DNA of 64,000 bases from Felis catus (Eukaryota), in NCBI RefSeq assembly GCF_018350175.1, contig NC_058368.1, positions 98,458,001 to 98,522,000 on the forward strand, written 5' to 3'. Positions 12,159 through 23,555 of this stretch are shown piece after piece. The notes beneath the pieces are model-generated. The model searched no databases. It saw only the letters and a list, made by a program, of their open reading frames with translations, and was not told where the DNA came from. Numbering within the stretch: the first letter of the stretch is position 1; each line of letters starts with the position of its first letter. The position numbers and the translations under genes are program-made.

Positions 12159-13219
12159 AAAATACATTTAGTATGTTTATGTAAGATTAATTAAAGATAA
12201 ATTTTTCCTCCCTCAGTTAGAATGTTCGTGGATTAATAAATATGTCATACTTTTATTTGGATTACAACCTTCTAAAAATGGATTACAGTTTTACCATTTA
12301 AGATAAAGCCATGTGTATATTCAATGATTATTAATTAATTATTAATTGGATAGTAATTACTGAATCTTTGACATGCAGTTGATAAGATATGATTTGAACC
12401 CAAACTTATGAACTAAAATGCCGTGTAACTTGGTTGCCCCATGCTGTCTTTAATTTTTTGATGACATAACCTCTCAGTTATTTTTCCAAGAGGGTGAGGC
12501 AATGTCTGTTCTTTAGAAGTGGCTGTTACTTGAAAAACCGTTATTAAGCAGGCACATAGAGGATTTTCTTGTATAAATTAAATTTTACTCAATTGGTCTT
12601 TTGTGGCATTATTTGAATATCTAATGAATATTAATAGTTATCTACCCAAAATATTAGTCCAAGTGACTTACAGTGACACAGAGCCCCAGAGCTGAGGAAA
12701 TGAGGAGACCAGGAGGCCTCATATAATGAGGCAGGCACCTTAGGAGGGCCGTACAGTTGCATGATTAGAGAAATTTAAGTAGTGGAAGAACAAAGTTTTT
12801 GTGGGTGTCTGATGCTCGTTAACCTATTGACAGTTAAATCGAGAGGAACAAAACTTGGGAACAGGCCCTTCTACATTCAAGGGATTTTTTTTTTAAAGAC
12901 TATAGTTTCTATTTTTTATTTTGGTGAGAGTTCACTGTTCAGCTTAAAATCTAAAATGACTACTTTCAATGTATGAGATTCAGTATTAAAACTTTGAACT
13001 CCTAAACACTTCCAAGATACTTCCAAGTTCATTTCAGTATATTTGTTTCACATTGTTTGCACTGCTTTTTTGCTTAAGTAATTTCAGAATGCACGCCTCA
13101 CCATCCCTGCCTTCACTATGATTATGACATTAAGTAAATTACTTAGATTTAACTCATCAGAGGTATAATATTTAATTCTAAGATCTAATGAAAGTACATC
13201 ACTTAAAATAATCATAGTT

Positions 13220-13429
13220 GGGCACCTGGGTGGCTCAGTCTGTTAAGCACCTGACTCTTGGTTTGGGCTCAGGTTTTGATCTCAGAGTTTGTGAATTCAA
13301 GCTCCAAGATGTACTCCGTGCTGACAGCACAGGGCTTGCTTGCTATTCTGTCTCCCTCCCTCTCTGATCCATGTGCGTGTGCACGCTCTCTCTCTCTCTC
13401 TCTCTCAAAATAAATAAACTTAAAAAAAA
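13220..13429 (+). mobile_element. CAN-SINE
   Basis: SINEC motifs; imperfect TSD aa(a/g)taatca(t/a)agtt. Confidence 0.92.
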
Positions 13430-14425
13430 GTAATCAAAGTTAACACCTATTACATATGTTTGTTTTATGTAAGTTACAAATACATGTTAAGAAATTAGTA
13501 TGTATTTTTCTACCTTCACTAAGCCCTTGACTATGTTAGAGGAGTAGTCTACCTCCTTGATTCTGTCTCTTTCCAGTACAGTGGGATCTCTGTCCTCATG
13601 TCAGTGACTCAACCTATATTATTCATGTCAAAAAGGAAAATGAACTTCTGCATACATCCAAGTGCTGAAATTGTTTTGGTCCAGTCCCCTAGACCCATAC
13701 TGCAGAAGAGCTGGCTGAGGAAAGCAAGAATACACTAGAAGTGCCAATTTTTCTCTGTAACATTACATACATAATGTTACAAACTAAAGAAAGAGGAATT
13801 CCCATCTTGCCATTATTTCCCATCAGCATTCCTCTGGGAGATTTGAAAGGGGTTGTGAGTTAACCTAAAAAAATCTTCTCATTAAAAAAAAAAGTCTCAT
13901 AAGAGGAGAAAAAATTTCAGTAAATTATTACTTGATTTGAACATTATATTTTGCTGATACCGTGTTGGGTTTCATTGTATTGGCAACTGATAGAGGTTGA
14001 AGGCAAGAGTCTGAAATACAATTTTAGTTTGCATAAGTGACCACATTCTCCCCCAAATCTATTACTGAATATATTATTAAAATTCTCGTACCTCTTCATC
14101 CTCTCCCTGACCCCACCAGAGTCAAAGTTTTGTTTATTGAAGAGCTTTTAGAAAGTGAACCTACTTCGAGGTCTTGCTTATATTAATAGAAGATAGAGAA
14201 AACAGAATGAGTTAACCTATTTTCCAAAAATTGTTTGTAGCTGAATATCTGTGTCAATGTAGAGTTGATTGAGGCATGAGTTGTCACGGGGATTCACAGC
14301 TGGTTTGAGGTATTCCTGAGATATTTCTCAGAATGATTTCAATCAGTTTAGAGATTTCGGCAGCGTTGTTTCTTCAAGACCTTTTTAGTTACTGGAGTGA
14401 GCTGTAGCCCACAGTCGGTTGTAGA

Positions 14426-14600
14426 AGGGTTCTCAAAATTAAGTGTGCATCAGAATCACTTTGAGGGCTTGTGGAAATAGATTTTTGGGCCTTAATCTCA
14501 GAGTTTGTGGTTAAATGGGTATAGAATGTGACCTGAGAGTTTGCATTTGTAACGAATCCCCATGAGTTACTGCTGCTGTTCTGGGGCCTGCATTTCAGGC
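14426..14600. mobile_element. MER5A-like hAT-Charlie MITE
   Basis: ggttctcaaaattaagtgtgcatcagaatcac..cctgagagtttgcattt. Confidence 0.7.
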
Positions 14601-14679
14601 AATTTGTTATGAGGCAGTAACAGTACTTAGTTTTAGAGCAAATTCAGCCCTTTGCACAGTCATTAGAAGTGACCACAGA

Positions 14680-14907
14680 GGGGCGCCTGGGTGGCTCATT
14701 AGGTTGAGCTGCCAATTGTTGATTTAAATCAGCTCAGGTCATAATCTCACAAACCCTGAGATCTAGCCCCAAGTTGAACCCCATTTGGGGCTCTGACATC
14801 ATGGAGCCTGGTTGGGATTCTCTCTCTCTTTCTCTCTTTTCCCCTCTCCCATGCTTGCTTGCTCTGTCTCTCTCTTTCTCAAAATTAATAAATACAAAAA
14901 AAAAAAA
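14680..14907 (+). mobile_element. CAN-SINE
   Basis: SINEC motifs; TSD aagtgacca. Confidence 0.92.
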
Positions 14908-17439
14908 GTGACCATGTAATTTGGGCTTTAGCAGAGTTGCATCTTCTAAACACCTTTTTAACGATACCTTTCTCAGAATGTCTTGGGTTTAAATCAACTG
15001 TTTGGCTTCTGTCTGTATCCCCTTGAAGTAAAAATCCAAATAACACGGTTGCTAAATTTCATTCCCTTTTATCACATCCTGGATTGTTAAGTCTTTGAAA
15101 TTATTCAAAAATATTCACTGATTCAGTTCCGTGCTTTTGGCACCAACAGAAATGGAATACTATTAGAAATTGTAGTTTTTAAAAAAGTCAGAAATGTAAT
15201 ATTTTTCAAATTAAATTTTAGATAATTACCGCTTCCACACCTGACATTAATATTTCATGCTCCTATATGAAATGTATTCCAAATGAAAAGCTCATCTCTG
15301 TGCCTGTTTAATACACACAATTTCTTTTGAAACTTAAAGAGTCAGACTAGCTTAAGTCCACATTTCTGAAAAATAAGGACAATTTACCTACTCCCCCCCC
15401 AAAACCTGATGAAATAGATCAAATACTCTGATGTTTCCCCTGATACTTACTCAAAACCCTTATCAATGCATAATTCATTCAAAACAAAGCCAGTGATGCA
15501 TGGACTTGGGCCGATTACTTAATTTAAGGTATATGACGTTGTTGTACACAGAAATTAAGACTTTTCTATAATACGTTTGTGCTACTTCTACTTGAATTTC
15601 AACCCCATCCCACTTCCTAAATGTGTTTACTGAGTATGCACCACATCTTTCCCCGTCCTTTCTCTGTTGTTCTCTTTTTCATTATCCTACTTCTGGTTAT
15701 TCAATGTTTGCAAATAAGGAAGATATTCAAATATATTTTTGATGAATGTATGCAGGCATATGCTCTAATCTTGCCCATTTCTTTTTAAAAGGTAAAAATC
15801 CCTGATGGCAAAGTATTATCTTTCAATGCACCACGTACCACGTGACTTCTAGAACACTCTGGGCACTTAATAACCTTTACATCACCATCACTGATATCAT
15901 AGTCATCAATCATGAAAACTGTCTCAGTGCTGATTCAATTATACATAGATTAAAAAAGGATCTTCTCTTATGTCTCTGGTTGCTATTCAACCCTGACGGC
16001 TTTCCTTTTCAAAATACATCTGCTCTCTTTCAACTAATTTTCCTGTGCCTTTCATACCTCTCATGGTGGTACCTCCAGATTAGTGACAGAGAAGTTAATT
16101 GAAATGAGTGAGCACTTACTGATGATAGTAAGTGTAGGGTTCAGCAGGAGAATGTTAACCTATTTCCACATGGCTAAGCAGTATTGCACAAAAGTAAATC
16201 ATCATTGAAATACAGCCATTCTCTTAATCACCTAATGGTTCTATTACTTATATACAGACAAATGCACACAGGACACCCCATTATCTTTAGAAAGGTCACT
16301 CAGCAGTCATTACAGTCGAGCAAATGAGGGTTAGACTGTCCTTCTCAGGACCATAAACTCACCTGCTTATATACAACCTATAATTCTAGAGCAAAAATGT
16401 AAAACATACAATGAGTTTGACTGAGTAAATCTGCAGTGGTCTGTATGTAATCAGAAACACCATTTGTCCCTTTGAAAAGCTGAAATGTTTTAGAACATGC
16501 AAAATCTATTGAATTCGTTTTCAACTGTGGACTGTTTTGTTCAAATGGAATTTTATGTGGCAACACTTTATGTAAAAGAGATAAAAGCATGTGTTGTGAA
16601 TGAAGCGTGGTTGGGGAGGTTGGCCAGTTGAACACTTCTATTCACTGCAGCCGTTCCAGGCGATTCTCTACAGTAAGCTTGGGGATCTCAAAGCAGCATG
16701 CAAGCCACTGTGTCTGAAGGTTAATCCATGGGCTGTTTTTTAGTCCAGAGCATTTATCCCTATATAACGTACTGCATACAATATTTTTTTTTAATTTACT
16801 GATTAACTAATTTACCTTGGGGGTCTAAGTTGTTTGAGGAGGAGGGACTTTTTAATATGCTTGATTTTTAGTAGATACTCGACAAATCAACAAATATTTG
16901 TTGAATATTTGGCTGGCCTTCAACACAGCCAACCAAGTGGGGGTTACCTTCTGTTTTATTTAAGTAAACTCTTTTATGTATGAATAGTAAGGATACAGAA
17001 ATTGTACATAACAAAGTTTGCAGCTCAATGAGATTTTGCACAGTGAATGTATGTACATAAAGGGACATAGGGCAATAAATTTTACCATCACTACAGGTCC
17101 CTCCCCAGAGCTCCCTGATACCCACCTCAGATGTTACCCACCCTAAAGGCGACAAGTATTATGACTTCCAGCACAGCACTTCACTTTGCTTGTTTTTGAA
17201 TTTCTATAAACAGAATCATATATTTGTTACTATCTTTCTTGCTTCTTTCACTGAACATTATATATATGTGATTTGTAACATTGATAATTGTAATAACTAA
17301 TATATTTGAATTTAAGTAAACTTGCTGTTGTCAACTTTCTGATCTTCTCACTTTTACCTTTTTATTGAGTAATCAAGCATTTAAAAATTATTATGCCTTT
17401 TAGTTATCTTTTTACATTGATTTAGTGATTTAACCATAA

Positions 17440-17988
17440 ATCTTAAACATGTCTCAGGATTCCTGCATATTATTATTTTTTTAATTTTTAAAATGCTTAT
17501 TTAGTTTTGAGAGAGAGAGACAGAGAGTGAACAAGGAAGGGACAGAGAGGGAAGGAGACATAGAATTGAAACAGCCTCCAAGCTCTGAAATGTCAGCACA
17601 GAGCCTGACGTTGGGCTCAAACCCATGGACACAAGATCATGACCTGAGCTGAAGTCGGATGCTTAACCGACTGAGCCACGCAGGCCCCCCAGGATTCCTA
17701 TATATTCTTAAAAATTGTTTAGGATCCCAAAGATCTTTTGATAATGCAGGCTACATATTTTGGTATTTACTATATTACAAATTAAAACTGAGAAAGTTGT
17801 CAAACACAGAAATACACATGTCCCCAGTAATCATCCGAGTGAGGATGATATCACATGTCATGTTACCTCCGGAAAACACCATATACTTGTATGAAAATGA
17901 GAGCAAACCATCAAATAATATCTTAATGCTTATATGAAAATAATTGTCAGTGAACAGACCTCCTGAAAGATTCTGCTTTGAGAACTGC
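17440..17988 (-). mobile_element. hAT-Charlie family DNA transposon fragment interrupted by a SINE
   Basis: cttaaaaattgtttaggatcccaaagatc..aattaaaactgag and terminal ctttgagaactgct. Confidence 0.6.
17472..17690 (-). mobile_element. CAN-SINE
   Basis: SINEC motifs; TSD caggattcct..atatt. Confidence 0.95.
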
Positions 17989-18049
17989 TACTTTTGCAAT
18001 TCCATGTGAGTGCATAATTTCTCAGAATCTACTGTAGATGAGTATTTTT

Positions 18050-18470
18050 GTGTGTAATTTCTTCCCTTTGTTTGTGGGCTGGATTGGGTGACTCCCTTCT
18101 AAGGGACAAAATGCAGTAAAACTAATAGGATGTCAATTCCAATGTGAAGTTATAAAAAGGCTGTAGTCTATGCTCTCTCATTCTTGTCTAGAATCATGTC
18201 CTCTAGAAGAAGCCAGTTTTTATGTTGTAAAGCAGCCTTTTGGAAAAGATCATCATGTGGATTGTTTGGGAACAAGGTACTTTCCAAACTGAGCCTTGAG
18301 ATGAAGACAGCCCCCAATCGGCCGTGATGGCAGCCTTAAGAGAGCCCCTGGGTCAGAATCTTGTAGCCAAGCCATTTCATGCTGCTAACGCACAGAAGCC
18401 GGGATGTTATAAATGTTTAGTGTTTGAGGTTTCCCAACTTGAGGATTGTTGTACAATACTAGATAACCGA
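18050..18470 (+). mobile_element. MaLR LTR (MLT1E/F-like)
   Basis: tgtgggctgga..gtgact, gagccttgagatga..cagcccc, terminal atactagataac. Confidence 0.65.
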
Positions 18471-18526
18471 TGCATCTGTTTTCCATGCTTCACTCTCAGA
18501 CTTATGTGTTTTTATTCTTAAATAAT

Positions 18527-18560
<34 letters not shown>

Positions 18561-18571
18561 TGTACATCATA

Positions 18572-18790
18572 GGGACGCCTGGGTGGCTCAGTCGGTAAAG
18601 CTTCCGACTTCGGCTCAGGTCATGATATGGCAGGTAGTGAGTTCGAGCCCCACATTGGGCTCTGTGCTGGCAGCTCGGAGCCTGGAGTGTGCTTCAGATT
18701 CTGTGTTTCCCTCTCTCTCTGGCCCTTCCCTTCTTGAGCTCGGTCTCTCTCTCTCTCTCAAAAATAAATAAGCATTAAAAAAATAAAAAA
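18572..18790 (+). mobile_element. CAN-SINE
   Basis: SINEC motifs; TSD taaacttgtac(a/t)tcata. Confidence 0.95.
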
Positions 18791-18799
18791 TAAACTTGT

Positions 18800-20480
18800 A
18801 CTTCATAGACTTGTGTTCATATTAGTCCATTTGAATGTTGAAGTTTCTATCGTCTATTTGTTTTAATATACTTGCATTATATTCTTTTATTTTCTTTAAT
18901 TGCCTTGTTTTGGATTACTGAATTTTTAAATTCTTTTTCATTTTCCATCTACTAATGTGTTATTTATTAATTATTCTATTTTATTAGTGGTTAGCCTAGA
19001 GGGTACAATGCACATATATAACTGTTTGAATCCTCTAAAAAATTCTTATATATACTTTGTCATCAATAATTCCCAAGCCAAAGAAACTATTAATGGTCTT
19101 TATTTCCTTTTGTATCCTGTTTGCCTGTGTTTTAGTTGTATGTACGTTTAAAATACCCTAAGAAATTACAATCATGATTTTGTATAACCAGTAATCATTA
19201 TATTTACTTAGATATTTGCCCGTTTCTGTGTTCTTCGCACCATTCTGTATTTTCATGGTTCCAAATTGGATCATTTTTCCTCTACTTCAAGAACTCTATT
19301 CTTTTTTTCTAGTGTAGGCTTTCATGTAACACATAATTCATTTTTGTTGTCTTAAAATGAGCTACTTTTATCTTCATGTTTCAAGAATATTTTCAGTGGA
19401 AATATAAATTTTGTTTGGCATTTATTCCATAAACAGCATATTAAAGATGCCATACCAACAGTGGAATATCTTTTGACGTTCATCTTTTCTGTTTGCTTAA
19501 TTCAGTTTTATTCCTGCTTTTTTGTAGATAACATAGCTGTTTTATTTTCTCTAGTTATTTTTGTCTGTCTTTTTAGTTGTGTTTTTTTTAAACTATTTTA
19601 CCAGTATGGGTCTTTGATTTGCTTTGTGTTTATACTGTTTAAGTGTGTGCCAGAGTTCTTGAGCCAGTAGATAGATAGATATCTTTCATCTGTTTTGGGA
19701 AATTCTCAATCACAATGTTGCTTTAGCCCCATTTGCACCTTCTTATTCTTTTAGAACTCCATTTACTTCGAATTACTTGAATCTCTTGGTTTTCTTATAC
19801 TCTGTTCTGCACTCGCACCCCACTATTTTCTTCTTTGTAAATCTCGTGGCTCTTTTATTTTGATTTGTATATGAGTTCACTAACCCTTTCTTTTACTACA
19901 TCCCATCTGCTGTTAAAGTCATCTGGGAAGTTACTAATTTTATTTTTTTTAACGTTTTATATATTTTTGAGAGAGACAAAGAATGTGAGCAGGGGAGGGG
20001 CAGAGAGAGAGGGTGACAAAGAATCTGAAGCAGGCTCCAGGCTCTGAGCTGTCGGCACAGGGCCCGATGCGGGGCTTGAACTCACAAACTGCGAGATCAT
20101 GACCTGAGCCGCAGCACAGATGAGGGCACAAAAGAACGCTTTTCCATCACAGGTGGTAGTGTAAATTGGACACTCAACTGACCGAGCCACCCAGGCACCC
20201 CTAAGTTACTAACTTAAGATAGTATTTTTAAATACTCCAGTGGCCACTTGATCTTCACAAATTCTGCTTTTTTTGTTGAAATTTCTATCATCCATTCTAT
20301 CCTTCTGTTTCCTTTCATGAGTTTATTAATCATAGTTATTTCAAGATGACTAATGTAGGAGTCATTTGTAGGTCTGCTTCTATAGCTTATTTTTTTCTTC
20401 TTAGTAACTGACCACGTCGTCTTGCCTCTTCTCCTAATTCTTAATTTTTCCATAACATTCCAGATACTGTGATAGAAGTG
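18800..20480 (-). mobile_element. Very old L1 (L1M) fragment
   Basis: T-rich strand bias and motifs such as ttttgggaaattctca and ccatctgctgttaa. Confidence 0.5.
19938..20201 (-). mobile_element. CAN-SINE carrying an internal ~55-nt non-SINE insertion
   Basis: SINEC motifs, TSD aagttactaa (19928-19937 / 20203-20212); insert 20112-20167. Confidence 0.95.
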
Positions 20481-20787
20481 TAGAGGTTTTGGATGAAGGA
20501 ATCTCCTACTGGAAAGGATTTACCGTATCTTCCAAAAAAAAAAAAAAAAAATAACACAGTTGTGGTGTTGAGTGGGGTGTGAGAGGAGACCACCTCAACT
20601 CAACAAGGGACTGAGTTAGGTCAAAGCTGGTTTAAATTTTAGTAAGGCTGAGGTTATGTATGGCTCACACTTGTTTCTAGGTTATTTTATACTCACTTCT
20701 ACAGAACTTTAGGAAAGTTAGTTCTTTCTACCAATTTTGGCTTATCGGCTTAGCTTCTTGTCTTGTACAATGTTAAATATTTAAAAA

Positions 20788-20983
20788 ATTTTTAATGTTT
20801 ATTTTGGAACAGAGCGTGATCAGGGAAGGGACAGAGAGAGAGAGGGAGACACAGAATCTGAAGCAGGCTCCAGGCTCCAAGCTGTCAGCGCAGAGCCCTG
20901 TGTGGGGCTTGAATTCATCAACTGTGAGATCATAACCTGAGTCAAAGTTGGACGCTTACCCGACTGAGCCACCCAGGCGCTCC
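20788..20983 (-). mobile_element. CAN-SINE
   Basis: SINEC motifs; TSD cttgtctt(g/a)tacaat. Confidence 0.95.
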
Positions 20984-21014
20984 TTGTCTTATACAATTTT
21001 AAAATGTGGCACTA

Positions 21015-21228
21015 GGGGCGCCTGGGTGGCGCAGTCGGGTAAGCGTCCGACTTCAGCCAGGTCACGATCTCGCGGTCCGTGAGTTCGAGCCCCGCGTCGG
21101 GCTCTGGGCTGATGGCTCGGAGCCTGGAGCCTGTTTCCGATTCTGTGTCTCCCTCTCTCTCTGCCCTCCCCCGTTCATGCTCTGTCTCTCTCTGTCCCAA
21201 AAATAAATAAACGTTGAAAAAAAAAAAA
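21015..21228 (+). mobile_element. Young SINEC_Fc-type SINE, no TSD visible
   Basis: CpG-rich near-consensus ggggcgcctgggtggcgcagtcgg..cttcagccaggtcacgatctcgcggtccg. Confidence 0.97.
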
Positions 21229-21239
21229 GAACATCACAG

Positions 21240-21780
21240 TTTAGATGAGATGAGGGCACAAAAGAACTCTTCTGCATCACTGATGGTAGTGTAAATTGGT
21301 AGAATCATTTTGGAAGACAGTTTTGGAGAACTGATTTATACTGCAGCTCTGATCTATCCATTCCACGTCTTGGTATTCATTCAAGAGAAGTATTCCATCA
21401 TGTGCCCAGGTAGGATGTACAAAGATGCTTAGTGATGCTATCTTTATCAAAATAGAAAAGTATAGACCATCTAGCTGTCTATCAATATGGAAATACATGT
21501 TATAAGTAAATCTCAAAAACAGGTTAAAGGAGAAGTTGCAAAATGATACATTTCTATCATTTACATGAAATGTAATGATAGATTACAAAATCGTGTGTGT
21601 GCATGTGTGTTGCTATAATAAATGTCTGGAATATTGTCTTTAGAAACATTAATCACTAAATAGTTCATCATAGTTACCTCTTACAAGCAGACTAAAATTG
21701 GAAGTGAAGGACAGAGGGAAATATATGTTTTTTTTCTGGATTGTTTGAAATTTTACAAATATAATGTATATTTATTTATG
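21240..21780 (+). mobile_element. Old L1 3' fragment (L1ME-like)
   Basis: ggtagtgtaaattggt..ttttggaagacagtt motif of the L1 ORF2 end. Confidence 0.55.
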
Positions 21781-21926
21781 TAAATAAAAATAAAGATTAA
21801 AAATTATAAGTTTGATATGTAAAAATTATAAATGAGAAGTTTACATATTCTTAGAACTATAATTATAAATGAACTAGGATTCGTAATCAGGAAAGACTGA
21901 GGTGTAATATCCTTGAGGTTGACTAT

Positions 21927-21965
21927 GTTTTTTCTTTGTTTTTTTTTAATGTTTATTTATTTATT

Positions 21966-22007
<42 letters not shown>

Positions 22008-22173
22008 CTAGCGAGCAGGGGAGGGGGAGAGAGAGAGGGAAAAAAAATCCCAAGCTCCCTCCATGCTATCAATGCAGAGCCCAATGCAGGCATCCAACTC
22101 AAGAACCATGAGATCATGACCTGAGCTGAAATCAGGAGCCAGATGCTTAACCAATGGAACCAGCCAGACACCC
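21927..22173 (-). mobile_element. CAN-SINE with (AG)n expansion
   Basis: SINEC motifs. Confidence 0.92.
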
Positions 22174-22316
22174 TAAATATGCCTTTTCTAAGGATGGTGG
22201 AAATGAAACAGTCTGCTCTTCTATTTGTTTTCAGAAATTTAACATGATAATCTCTTGAGGATAGCAAGTAACCACAAGTCAGTAATACAAGAGAAGAAAA
22301 CACGCGTATGTTTATG

Positions 22317-22673
22317 TGTTTAGCTTGTTCAGGCTACTTGAACAAAAATAGCATATACCAATGGCTTATAAACAACAAACATTTTTTTCTCACAATTCTG
22401 GAGGCTTGGAGGTCAAAGATGAGGGCACTGGCAGACATGGTGTCTGGTGAGGGTCTTCTTCCTCTCCAGCTGAGTGTGCAGGGTCCTCAGATGGCAGAAT
22501 GGGTGGGTTCTCTGTTTGGAGTCTGTTATCTACAGGCACTGATCCCATTTGTGAAGGCGCTATCCTCATGAACTAATCACCCACCGAAGGCCCCATGTCC
22601 AAATACCATCACATTGGGGGTTAGGGTCTCAGCAGAGGAATGTTGGCAGGATCCAGGCATTCAGACAATAGCA
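22317..22673 (-). mobile_element. MaLR LTR (MLT1A-like) solo LTR
   Basis: tggcttataaacaaca..tctcacaattctggaggc..gtgtctggtgagggtc..catcacattgggggttagg..cattcagacaatagca. Confidence 0.8.
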
Positions 22674-23555
22674 GTGTATAGAAGCAACGAGAACTTGAAA
22701 AATGTTTTCATTATCTTCACCTGACTTAATAATTAAACCCATTGCCTTGACTCTTCACCCCTCTTCAAAGTCAGTTCTGCTCACCTGAAAAATGTGGATA
22801 TTAACTGAAATCTCAGGTGTATACACTAGTACATGTTTTAGCAGAAGAAAATAATTTTGAAAATAAACTAAAAGAATTTATTAGTAAAATCTTGTTTTCT
22901 AAAAGCACCATTTTACTTAAAACATAATGGATATTTTAGGTATGCACGCCTAAACAGACACTATGGATTGTCATAATATGTCTTGATCTTTCAGAGATAA
23001 AAAAGTTTGTTTTTCCTTTGCTATTTTATTTTTGTATTGAAAGCTGAACCAGATTTTATAGTATACGAAAAGTATCTGTTTCATGCATCTCTTAAAAATG
23101 ACCACATCTGATTTTATCTTATTGTAAGAAGGTTCCAACCACTAAAGCCAGGTGGAGAGCCAAATGACCCGTGTAATTGAGGGAACGGTAGATTTAGTGT
23201 GATGACGAACAGAGTTCAGGTTTTGCTGGTGGAATTAGTTAGGTTTACCTTCTCAGTCCTCAGGATGTCAGGTATATTCTAGGTGATTGATTGAAGATTT
23301 ACAACAGTAAGCACAACAGAGCTTCTATTATCCATCTCAAGGACACAGTATATGGGTGTGAGTCATTGTGAAAATGGATTGGTATGTCTAAGGGCTGAAA
23401 AACATTTTGTAGCAGTTAACAGTTTTTCCAGCGATTTCTTACTTCTCTCCCATACTCACCTATAATCTGCCCAAGAGCAGGAAATTATCATGGCATTGCT
23501 GTCTGTTGCTTCTCTAGTACCTGGCCAGCCTCTGCTCTCAAAAAGTATTTGCCAA

